Positions 27,545 through 35,753 of a DNA stretch of 57,727 nucleotides are shown piece after piece. A program made the translations under genes and the position numbers. Source of the stretch: an uncultured Cyanobium sp. Lineage in GTDB: Bacteria; Cyanobacteriota; Cyanobacteriia; PCC-6307; Cyanobiaceae. The stretch lies in NCBI GenBank assembly GCA_964492645.1, contig CAZBMT010000001.1, positions 1 through 57,727 of the forward strand, in the 5' to 3' direction. Under the pieces are notes generated by a model that was given only the letters and a program-made list of their open reading frames with translations, was not told where the DNA came from and ran no database searches. Position 1 is the first letter of the stretch. Each line of letters opens with the position of its first letter.

Positions 27545-28003
27545 TCAGCGGCAGTTGATCTCGGTGATCCGCATCTTCTGGGCGGCGCCCTCAGATGCGT
27601 TCATGGCCAGCATTGCGACCTGCCCCGCGCCGACGCCACTGGTGGTGTCGTTCGTGAAGCCGATGTTTCGCCCTGCTGCATCGAGCATGGCTGCAGCCAC
27701 ATAAAGGCTGTCGCAGCCAATGCGTGGAACGACCTCGACAAGCATGCAGAATCGGTCTTCATTACAGCCGGGCCTGAATGTGGAGCGGCTGACTTGGAAC
27801 GCAACGTCCTGCCCGGGCCACTTGGTGAAGCCCGCAGGGATCCAGCTGGGTTTCGGTGGCGGTGTCGCCGGGGCTGCTGCCACCGGTGCGGGCGGTGCTG
27901 CTGCTGACGGCGGTGGTGGCACCGGCATGAACCAGGCGGCAGCGCCACCCACGGCCACGGCTGCAGCACCCACGACGCCGATCATCAGGAGCGTCCGATC
28001 CAT
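27545..28003 (-). CDS. Membrane-anchored extracytoplasmic protein (Pro linker, Cys-containing beta domain)
   Basis: N-terminal TM LLMIGVVGAAAVAVGGAAAWF, PPPP linker, four Cys. Confidence 0.65.
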   Translation of the reverse strand: MDRTLLMIGVVGAAAVAVGGAAAWFMPVPPPPSAAAPPAPVAAAPATPPPKPSWIPAGFTKWPGQDVAFQVSRSTFRPGCNEDRFCMLVEVVPRIGCDSLYVAAAMLDAAGRNIGFTNDTTSGVGAGQVAMLAMNASEGAAQKMRITEINCR

Positions 28004-28051
28004 CCACTGTGTGGCCGGGCACCCCAGGGTAGGGGCGCCCGGCCGGTGCGG

Positions 28052-28690
28052 TCACTCCGACAGCACCCCACTGCGCAGGATCTTGCTCACCGCCGCATCG
28101 ATCTCCCTGGCGTGTGCCGCAAGGCCGATCAACGTGACGCGATCACCCCATGTGATCTGGGTGGGCCCGGCGGCCTGCAACGGCCGGCGACGGCGCGCAG
28201 GGCGGGGCTTCCTCGCGGCGGGCTGGCGGCCCTGGCCTTGGGCGGCTTCAAGGAACCAGCCGTCCATCCACACCGCGAACGCCGGCGAGATCCAACGGGC
28301 CAGGTCCACCGCGAGCCGCGGGTGGATCCAGGTGCCCTGCAGCTCGGGGCGGCCGCCCTGGATGGTGTGGATGAGGCCGTGGTTTTCCGTGGCGGGATTT
28401 CCCGCTACGGCTGCCAGAGCTTCGATGTAAGCGGTCGTGCGGTCGAGCCGGATGTAGTCGAACCACCGGCGGCCGCTGGCCTTGCACATGGCGGTGGCGT
28501 TCACGAACCCGTCAGCGCGGCGCCGCTGGATGGCGGTGCCCTCCCAGGCCCGCACTTCGAGCGCACCGCCGCCCTGGGCGGACCGGGCCCGGTAGGCGGC
28601 CGTGCGGCAGGCACCGGAGCAGTAGGTGTGCAGCGGATGGCGACCGGTGAACTGGATCCCGCAATGCGGGCAGGTGATGAGGCGCTGCAT
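28052..28690 (-). CDS. KilA-N domain protein with N-terminal zinc ribbon
   Basis: CPHC...YCSGAC; IQRRRADGFVNATAMCKASG...QGTWIHPRLAVDLARWISPAFAVW. Confidence 0.92.
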   Translation of the reverse strand: MQRLITCPHCGIQFTGRHPLHTYCSGACRTAAYRARSAQGGGALEVRAWEGTAIQRRRADGFVNATAMCKASGRRWFDYIRLDRTTAYIEALAAVAGNPATENHGLIHTIQGGRPELQGTWIHPRLAVDLARWISPAFAVWMDGWFLEAAQGQGRQPAARKPRPARRRRPLQAAGPTQITWGDRVTLIGLAAHAREIDAAVSKILRSGVLSE

Positions 28691-28934
28691 CGATCAGGCC
28701 TCCACCGTGAAGGTGAGGTCGGGGTGCATGGCCAGCACCTGCTGCGCGGCGGCGATGGCCTCCTCCTCGGTGGCGAAGTCCTGGGAGCCCAGGTCGATGC
28801 CAGCGAGCCACAACAGGAAGGCGTTGCGGTCCTCAAACGGTTGCCCGGCCGGCATGCCGGCGGGCGTGCAGGAGCACTTCATTTCTGTTCCCGCTCGGGG
28901 CGGGGCTACACGATGGCCCGGCATCGCTGCCGAG

Positions 28935-28972
28935 TGGTCTCAGTGTAGAGACCATCACTGTCCATTTGTCAA
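28935..28972 (-). promoter_or_regulatory. Leftward promoter with palindrome over the -10 box
   Basis: TTGACA (28967-28972, minus), 19-nt spacer, TACACT (28942-28947) inside TGGTCTC-N6-GAGACCA. Confidence 0.45.
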
Positions 28973-29079
28973 CCGGGACTCCGATGGAGTTTCAGAGGGC
29001 GTCGTGCGGCACCCTCACCCCTCTGCTTATTTCGAGTCAGGGACTCGTGTTGTATTCGCAGCGTCCCGGCCCGTCGAGG

Positions 29080-29343
29080 CTACGACGGCCCCACGCGAAG
29101 GATCCGGTAGCCCGGGTCACCACGATCCCCGGACTCGAAGTCGAGCAGCCCGGCACGCTTCAGGTTGTGCAGCTTGTTGCTGAGCGCCGGCTGCTGGCTG
29201 GTGCCCAAGATCGCCGCCAACACCTCCCATGTGAACCGCTCATCCGGCGACGGCTCCAGTCGCGCCAGCGCCAGACAGTCGATGATCGTCTGGTTCGGGA
29301 ATCGATGGCGGCCGTCAAGCAGGTAGTCGATCAGGTCTTTCAC
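29080..29343 (-). CDS. Small winged-HTH protein
   Basis: FTWEVLAAILGTSQQPALSNKLHNLKRAGLL. Confidence 0.6.
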   Translation of the reverse strand: MKDLIDYLLDGRHRFPNQTIIDCLALARLEPSPDERFTWEVLAAILGTSQQPALSNKLHNLKRAGLLDFESGDRGDPGYRILRVGPS

Positions 29344-29603
29344 TGCCCCACTCCTTGGAGCAGAGCGGCTTCGACCCTGTGGAGCAACCACTTCGGCACG
29401 ATCGGCGGCTGCGGCCGCCACCGGCCGACCGCCCAACGGCCTTCCGGCAGCCACTGTGCGGTCTGATCGAGGCGCTTGCTGGTGCGGGTGTGCATCGTGA
29501 ACTGCACCAGCCCTGGGATGCGGCCCGGTTCATCGAGAAGCACGACCCGCCAGTGGTTGTTGCTGGCGGTGCCGCACTTCGGTTCGTCGAGAATGACGGT
29601 CAT
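29340..29603 (-). CDS. Hypothetical protein
   Basis: Coupled ORF. Confidence 0.5.
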   Translation of the reverse strand: MTVILDEPKCGTASNNHWRVVLLDEPGRIPGLVQFTMHTRTSKRLDQTAQWLPEGRWAVGRWRPQPPIVPKWLLHRVEAALLQGVGQ

Positions 29604-29887
29604 GCCTGCTCTCCGAGCTGCGCTGCTGCTGGCCGCGAAGGCGCGCCAGAGAGCACCGCGGCGGTGTGGAGCTCGCGCCAGTAGCGGCGGCGGGCGGCGT
29701 CCCACCGCCGGCAGGCGTCGACCAGGTGGCGGCGCTCGGCGAAGCCAGCGCCGGGCTCCAGGGTGTCGGCGAACGCTTCATGCGCCTGGTCCTCCAGCTC
29801 CAGGGACTCGGCCCCGGCCAGGTGTGCCCGGGCGGTTGCGCAGCGGGCGAGGGCAACGAAGAGGGGTGTCGTCATGCCCGCCTCCAC
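29600..29887 (-). CDS. Hypothetical protein
   Basis: Coupled ORF. Confidence 0.5.
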   Translation of the reverse strand: MEAGMTTPLFVALARCATARAHLAGAESLELEDQAHEAFADTLEPGAGFAERRHLVDACRRWDAARRRYWRELHTAAVLSGAPSRPAAAQLGEQA

Positions 29888-30090
29888 GCCCGCTCCAGCA
29901 CCCGCCGGCGGCGTTGGAGGTCATCACCAGCAAGGTCGACCCGCAGCAGGAGGTTGTGCGCGCAGACCGGCGCCATCCCCTGCAGCAGGGCCTGCAGCTC
30001 GTCGTCTTGCCGGTCGGCTTCGGCCTCAATCCGTGCCGTTCGTTCGTCTTCCGCCAGGTAGCGGTCCAGGTCGATCATCACGGGATCCAT
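29872..30090 (-). CDS. Hypothetical protein
   Basis: First gene of the leftward arm, divergent from the ParB gene. Confidence 0.5.
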   Translation of the reverse strand: MDPVMIDLDRYLAEDERTARIEAEADRQDDELQALLQGMAPVCAHNLLLRVDLAGDDLQRRRRVLERAWRRA

Positions 30091-30197
30091 CGGGCGGTCT
30101 TGATCAAGACCATCACTATGACATTCTCGTGGCCGTTTTAGTCGGCATCCAGATCAGGACCGCGTAACCTGTGACGACACCCGGCGCCTGCGAGCCC

Positions 30198-30815
30198 ATG
30201 GACACCCTGGCCCTGGCCGACCTCCGCCCGGACCCGCGCAACGCCCGCCGGCGCACACCGCGATCGAAGGCGCTGCTTGATCACTCGCTCAGCCAGTTCG
30301 GCGCCGCCCGTTCGATCGTCATCGATGAGGAGGGCACGATCCTGGCCGGCAACGGCACCGTCGAAGCGGCCGCCGCCGCGGGCATCACGAAGGTGCAGGT
30401 GGTCGATGCCGACGGCGACACCCTCATCGCGGTGCGCCGTTCCGACCTCTCCCCCGACGAGAAGATCGGCCTGGCGCTGGCCGACAACCGCACCGCCGAC
30501 CTGGCGGAATGGGACGTGCCGCAGCTGGAGGCGCTGTCGACCGACGTGCCGGACATCCTGGGGCAGTGGTTCACCGCGGCCGACATGGCCGACCTCACCG
30601 GCGATGACAGCGACGAGGAGGAGGATCGGGACGACGACTCCGACGGCTCGGGCGACGGCGATCCCACCATGGGCCAACCGCTGGCGATCGTCCTCTCACC
30701 CCAAGAGTTCCGCCTTTGGCGGCAGGCGAAGGATCAGCTGGGCTACTCCACTGACCGAGCCGCCCTGCTGAAGCTCACCCAGGACTTCCTCGATCAGGTG
30801 CAGGCTCGTGGGTGA
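30198..30815 (+). CDS. ParB/Srx N-terminal-domain protein with acidic linker and small C-terminal domain
   Basis: DLRPDPRNARR...SLSQFG..RSIVIDEEGTILAGNG...LALADNRTADLAEWD; alternative GTG start at 30171. Confidence 0.88.
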   Translation: MDTLALADLRPDPRNARRRTPRSKALLDHSLSQFGAARSIVIDEEGTILAGNGTVEAAAAAGITKVQVVDADGDTLIAVRRSDLSPDEKIGLALADNRTADLAEWDVPQLEALSTDVPDILGQWFTAADMADLTGDDSDEEEDRDDDSDGSGDGDPTMGQPLAIVLSPQEFRLWRQAKDQLGYSTDRAALLKLTQDFLDQVQARG

Positions 30816-32061
30816 CGGCATCCGCCCCTGCGCCGGGGAGTTCCTTGTCTCACCCGCCGGCCTGGAACTCTCGATGTCGTGGTGCGGTCACGACTGTGCC
30901 TACTGCTTCTCGAACGCGATGAAGCCCAACCGCCGCGCGGACCTCGCGCAGATCACCGGGCTGATCGCCAACTTCCGCAGCCGCCGGTCCCGCGAGGCCC
31001 TGCTCTTGCAGGCCGGGGTGCCGCTGCTGGTGTCGAACCACGTCGATCCGTTCGCCGGCACCAACGCGCGGCAGTTCGAGCCGATCTGGGAGCTGCTAGT
31101 GGCCCAGGGCATCCCGATCGCTTGGCAGACCCGCGGCGCCCACAAGCCGCAGCGGGCTTTCCTCGATCGGGTGATCCGCGAGACGCCACCTTCCGTCTGG
31201 TACATCTCGATCCCGATGACCGATGAGGGGATCCGGCAGCGGATCGAGCCGCGGGCGCCGGCTCTCGACAGCCGCTTCGCCCTCATCGACGACCTGATCG
31301 CTGCCGGTCACACGGTCACGGTGGGAATCAACCCGATCAGCACCGCCTGGCTGCCTGATTTCCGTCCGCTCATCGACCGCTTGGCGGCCGCCGGCGTCTG
31401 GGGCGTGTGGGTGGAGCCGATCTACTTCTCCAAGGCCTTCAAGGGAAACCTCCGCCCTGATCAGATCGCTGCTCTGGACGCAGCGTTCATCGCCGCGGCT
31501 GGTGATCGCGGCCGCCCGGAAGACCGCCAGCACGCTGCAGCAGCCCGCGCCTACGCGCTCGATGTGGGCATGCAGTCGTTCAGCACCTCCTCCTCCGAGC
31601 CGAGCCAGTTCTTCGACCCGTGGCACACCATCTACCCCAGGGTGATGCCGTACTGGCAGCAGGTGATCAATGCGGCCGACGCAAGCCTGGAACCAGGCGA
31701 CGAGGAATCGGTGGCGGTGATCACCATGGCCGATGCGCTGAGCGTGCTGGAACCGCTGCCGGAACTGGACTGGGCGGAACCGTTGCGGCACCGCCGGGCT
31801 CGCCACTACCGCGTCCTCACCGAGCCGTTTCCCGGCGGCCCGCTGCCGCGCCAAGATGTGGCAGGCTTCTGGCGGATCGTCTGGAACGACGAGCTCTTCG
31901 CCAAGGGCCTCGGGATCCTCTCCTACCCGCGCTGCGCGTTCGCCGCGGTGATCAACGACGACGAGATCACCCCGCTGCTCGATGACCAGGGCCACCGGAT
32001 CGTGGTCTACCGCCGCGAACCTTGGCCGCACCTCTACGCCGACATGCCGGAACTGGCCTGA
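30808..32061 (+). CDS. Radical SAM enzyme, spore-photoproduct-lyase-like (SplB/Rv2578c-type) fold
   Basis: CGHDCAYC (CxxxCxxC); SNHVDPF; QTRG; ISIP..DEGIRQRIEPRAP...R..LI..L..AG..V.VGINP. Confidence 0.88.
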   Translation: MGDGIRPCAGEFLVSPAGLELSMSWCGHDCAYCFSNAMKPNRRADLAQITGLIANFRSRRSREALLLQAGVPLLVSNHVDPFAGTNARQFEPIWELLVAQGIPIAWQTRGAHKPQRAFLDRVIRETPPSVWYISIPMTDEGIRQRIEPRAPALDSRFALIDDLIAAGHTVTVGINPISTAWLPDFRPLIDRLAAAGVWGVWVEPIYFSKAFKGNLRPDQIAALDAAFIAAAGDRGRPEDRQHAAAARAYALDVGMQSFSTSSSEPSQFFDPWHTIYPRVMPYWQQVINAADASLEPGDEESVAVITMADALSVLEPLPELDWAEPLRHRRARHYRVLTEPFPGGPLPRQDVAGFWRIVWNDELFAKGLGILSYPRCAFAAVINDDEITPLLDDQGHRIVVYRREPWPHLYADMPELA

Positions 32062-32097
32062 GCGGGAAAACTCAGATGGTGATCCAAGGGGGGTTCT

Positions 32098-32331
32098 ATG
32101 GCTGGTTCTGGTGGCGGGCGTGGTGGTGGTGGCCGCAGCGCTGGTGGTGGTGGGCGTGGGGGAATGCGATCGCAGGTGGCCGCCGGGCGCGCCGCACGTG
32201 ATCGCTTCAACTTCGCTCGATCCGCTGTTCGGTTTGAGAGGGCAGCCTCTGAGGTTGGAGGCAGCAGCCCCAGGCGCGTGGCCCAGGCTGAACGAACGGT
32301 CGCCCGGATGACCTCGGAACGTCGGACCTGA
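32098..32331 (+). CDS. 77-aa Gly/Arg-rich basic micro-protein (RGG repeats)
   Basis: MAGSGGGRGGGGRSAGGGGRGG...; G-rich RBS; GGAAAACT 25 nt upstream. Confidence 0.72.
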   Translation: MAGSGGGRGGGGRSAGGGGRGGMRSQVAAGRAARDRFNFARSAVRFERAASEVGGSSPRRVAQAERTVARMTSERRT

Positions 32332-32447
32332 CGCCCCGTAACCCGCGACACATCCCGCCCCGCCTGGCTTCTCCCCCGGCGTGGCGGATTCGTGGTGCGC
32401 TTCTGTGACGCTGCCGTTACGATGCCGTCACCACAGTCTCAGTCTGG

Positions 32448-33056
32448 ATGGAGACCGCCGGCGACCCCAAGCCATGGGAGCAGCAGCCCGGTGAGTCCGA
32501 CCGTGACTTCGAAGCGTTTCAGATCTGGGTGGCACTGCAGCCAGGCGGCACCAAGCAGGCGGTCGCCGATCGCATCTGCTGCTCCCGTCCGCTGATCCAC
32601 AAGATCTCCAAGCGTTGGGGCTGGCCGGACCGCCTCGCCGCGTTCCACAAGCATCAGCCGTCCGGCCCCACTCCCGCCGAACTTCTGCCACCACAGGACA
32701 CCACTGCCGTCCTGATCGAGAACGTCCTCTCCGATCAGCAGGTCTCGCACCTGCAGAAGATCTCCGACTACCAGGCCCGCGCCGAGCGTCTGGGCAATGC
32801 ACAGATCTCCATCGCCGGCCAGCTGCTGCAGATCGTCCAGCAGCGCCTCACGCAGCACCGCGAGGGGCAGATCCGCCGGCTGCCCAGCGACATGGAACGC
32901 ATCATCCGGGCCGCCACCATCGCCATGACCGCCGGCCACAAGCTCGTCGGTGATGCCCTCGGCATCGAGGAGCTGTTCCTCACCATGCAGCAGCACCTGC
33001 AGGCCGATGATCCGGCGCTGAAGGCAGCGGCACCAACGGAAGGCACCACCAGCTGA
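32448..33056 (+). CDS. terS: Terminase small subunit
   Basis: PWEQQPGESDRDFEAFQIW...HTH...WGWPDRLAAF; directly upstream of terL. Confidence 0.75.
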   Translation: METAGDPKPWEQQPGESDRDFEAFQIWVALQPGGTKQAVADRICCSRPLIHKISKRWGWPDRLAAFHKHQPSGPTPAELLPPQDTTAVLIENVLSDQQVSHLQKISDYQARAERLGNAQISIAGQLLQIVQQRLTQHREGQIRRLPSDMERIIRAATIAMTAGHKLVGDALGIEELFLTMQQHLQADDPALKAAAPTEGTTS

Positions 33057-34717
33057 TGGCCACCATCAACCTGGCCAAGCGATCACTGCAGCGTGGTGTG
33101 GCCAGGAACTATGGCCACAGCCTCACGGTCGATGCACTCAGGAAGCGGAACCAGCAGATCCAGGCAACCGCACCAGCCGTCGTCTACGACAAGACCTTCG
33201 AGGAGTACATCCGCGACTGCTATCCGAAGTTCCCCGTCACGAAGCACACTCGCCGGCTGATCGCCCTGGGGCAGAAGGTGGCCGATGGCGTGCTCCCCCG
33301 GCTAATGGTGGAGCTTCCGCCGCGGCACTGGAAGAGCACCATCTTCAGTCGCTTCCTCCCGGGCTACTGCCTGCGCCGCTATCCCGATCGCACGGTCGGC
33401 ATCGGCTGCCATACCGCAAAGCTGGCCGAGGACTTCAGCCGCACCGCCAGGGACTACTTCATCAAATCCGGCGGCGCCATCAACCCGGCAAAGGCCGGCG
33501 TTCAGGAATGGGGCACCAAGGGCATCGGCGGGCTCTGGGCTGTTGGCGTCGGAGGCGGCACCGGCAAGCCGGCTGACTTCCTGATCATCGACGACCCGAT
33601 CAAGTCCCGGGAAGCCGCCGAATCAGCGGCTTGGCGACGGCAGATCCACTCCTGGTGGGATTCGGTGCTCAGCACCCGGGAAGAACCGGGCAACAGCATC
33701 GTCATCGTTCACACCCGCTGGCATGACGCAGATCTGATCGGCTACCTCCTTACGAGGATGGAGAAGCTGGAGAAGGAAGGCCTGGGGCACATGGCCGAGG
33801 CATGGCATGTCGTCTCGCTGCCGATCCGTGCCGTGGCGGCGAACGACATCAAGCCGTTCCCGCGGCGCTGCACCGTCGAGGCCGATGATCGGCAGCCTGG
33901 AGAAGCTCTCGACCCGACCCGCTTCGATGAGAAGTGGATCGAGCGGAAGAAAGCCAACACCCCGGAGCGTGACTGGGAAGCGATCTACCAGCAGCGGCCA
34001 TCGGCGGCCAGCGGTGCGATCTTCAAGGCATCTACTTTCCGGTTCTACGGCACTGCTGAGCAGCCGGGCAACCCAGGCGATCTGGTGCGGCCGGCGTGGT
34101 TCAATCGCCTGATCGCATCGATCGACTGCACCTTCAAGGACACTGCCGGCAGCGACATGGTGGCGTTCGGGTTGTGGGGCCAAAACGAGCACGGGATGTG
34201 GCTGATCGACTTCATCAATCAGCAGCTCGATTTCCCCGACACCGTCGTCACCATCAAGCTGCAGCATCCGCACTGGCAGTTCCGTGAGCTGCTGGTCGAA
34301 GACAAAGCCAACGGCTCTGCGGTGATCTCCACCCTGAAGCGCGAGGCGGGTGGGTACTCGCTGATCGAGGTGAACCCCTACGGCGGCAAGGTACCGCGTG
34401 CGAACGCCGCCAGCGTGCAGTTCAACCAGGGCCGGGTCTTCCTGCCACGCAATCACCGGGAGATCAGTGTCTACACCCAGCAGCTGTTGGCATTCCCCTC
34501 AGGCACCTACGACGACCTGGTGGACATGACCAGCCAGGTGCTGAACTACGTCGCCGGCACCGGACCGATGCAGGTGACCGAGGTGAGCTGGGGCTATGCC
34601 GCGCCGTCACCTGACCTGTCGGCGATGGATCCCCATGACTGCATGAGCTGGCCGGATCCGGTCCTCGAGGACCCGGAGACCTATTTCCCGGATCCGGAGG
34701 CCGCCGTCATGTGGTGA
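33056..34717 (+). CDS. terL: Terminase large subunit
   Basis: LPPRHWKST (Walker A), LIIDDPIK (Walker B), HTRWH, YQQRP, LVEDKANG, FPSGTYDDLVD. Confidence 0.96.
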   Translation: MATINLAKRSLQRGVARNYGHSLTVDALRKRNQQIQATAPAVVYDKTFEEYIRDCYPKFPVTKHTRRLIALGQKVADGVLPRLMVELPPRHWKSTIFSRFLPGYCLRRYPDRTVGIGCHTAKLAEDFSRTARDYFIKSGGAINPAKAGVQEWGTKGIGGLWAVGVGGGTGKPADFLIIDDPIKSREAAESAAWRRQIHSWWDSVLSTREEPGNSIVIVHTRWHDADLIGYLLTRMEKLEKEGLGHMAEAWHVVSLPIRAVAANDIKPFPRRCTVEADDRQPGEALDPTRFDEKWIERKKANTPERDWEAIYQQRPSAASGAIFKASTFRFYGTAEQPGNPGDLVRPAWFNRLIASIDCTFKDTAGSDMVAFGLWGQNEHGMWLIDFINQQLDFPDTVVTIKLQHPHWQFRELLVEDKANGSAVISTLKREAGGYSLIEVNPYGGKVPRANAASVQFNQGRVFLPRNHREISVYTQQLLAFPSGTYDDLVDMTSQVLNYVAGTGPMQVTEVSWGYAAPSPDLSAMDPHDCMSWPDPVLEDPETYFPDPEAAVMW

Positions 34718-34784
34718 GAACGATTCACCCCCTCCCAAGCACCTCCCTGAGAGGCCGACGAGTACCCCACCATCCCTGATCACC

Positions 34785-35732
34785 ATGACCACCAAGCCAC
34801 GCACCATCAGCCCCAGCCGGCGGCCCAGTGGCCGCGCCAGCGTCCGCAGCACCAGCACCAGGGGCAAGGCGGCCACCAGCGGGCCACCCACCGCCGAGGA
34901 GGCCGCACGGCTGGGGAGCTTCCCGCCGCCGCGCACCTTCGAGGAGCCGGTCAGGACCGTGGACCGCGACGGCGCCGACGTGCTCAGCCACGACAGCGAG
35001 CAGCTGGCGGTGGCCAACCTGCCGCTGGCCTCTGACCGCGCCAGGCGGTTTGCCATCAGGACCAGGATGATCGAGCTGCTGGGCGACCTCGAAGCAGTGG
35101 CCTGGACGGGCCTGCTGAACGCCTGCCGCCGGTATTCGGCCGATCGCCTCAACCCGGCCACCGGTCGCCCTTACGCCCTCTCCACGGTGGCGGTGGTCTA
35201 TATCGACGGGGCGATGCGCCGTTACCTGCGGGACAAGGGGCACGCCGTGAAGTTCCCGAACGAGTGGCGCGAGAAAGCCCCGGCGGCCAGGCGGGAGGTG
35301 ATGAGCAACAAGAAGACCATCGAGCAGGCAGCCGAGCTGGTCGGCATGGATCCCCGTGACGTGGCGGAAATGCTGCACTGCATGGGGCCCACCGGCGAGA
35401 TCGAGGACGACACCTTCCAGCGCCAGGGCGTGTTCGACGAGCTGCCTGACGAGGAGGAACCCCGCGAGCTGGCCGCAGAGCTTCACATCGTCAACCTGGC
35501 CCTGAAGCGCTTGGGCGATGACCGGCTGCTGCTGATCGACTGGTGGGAGACCCCCCGGCGTCGCAGCCTGCCACCCAGCGGCCCGCTGCAGCAGTTCATG
35601 AGCCGCGCCCGGCGGTTCAGGGCCAACCAGCCGCAGGAGGAGACCATCGAGCAGATGTCACTCCTCGATCCGGATGCCCTGAGCCGGCGGGCAGTGTCGC
35701 TCGGGTTGCTGCAGAGCAGCGGGGAAAACTGA
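34785..35732 (+). CDS. Phage sigma70-family factor (group 3/SigF-like region 2)
   Basis: LAVANLPLA...ARRF...DLEAVAWTGLLNACRRY...LSTVAVVYIDGAMRRYLRDKGHAVKFP. Confidence 0.85.
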   Translation: MTTKPRTISPSRRPSGRASVRSTSTRGKAATSGPPTAEEAARLGSFPPPRTFEEPVRTVDRDGADVLSHDSEQLAVANLPLASDRARRFAIRTRMIELLGDLEAVAWTGLLNACRRYSADRLNPATGRPYALSTVAVVYIDGAMRRYLRDKGHAVKFPNEWREKAPAARREVMSNKKTIEQAAELVGMDPRDVAEMLHCMGPTGEIEDDTFQRQGVFDELPDEEEPRELAAELHIVNLALKRLGDDRLLLIDWWETPRRRSLPPSGPLQQFMSRARRFRANQPQEETIEQMSLLDPDALSRRAVSLGLLQSSGEN

Positions 35733-35753
35733 GCAAGACGCTCTCCGTAGGCG

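Noticed and set aside
30198-30815. ParABS plasmid-prophage partition system
   Set aside because: No ParA or central ParB HTH; the phage has int/attP; context fits modification-associated ParB-N
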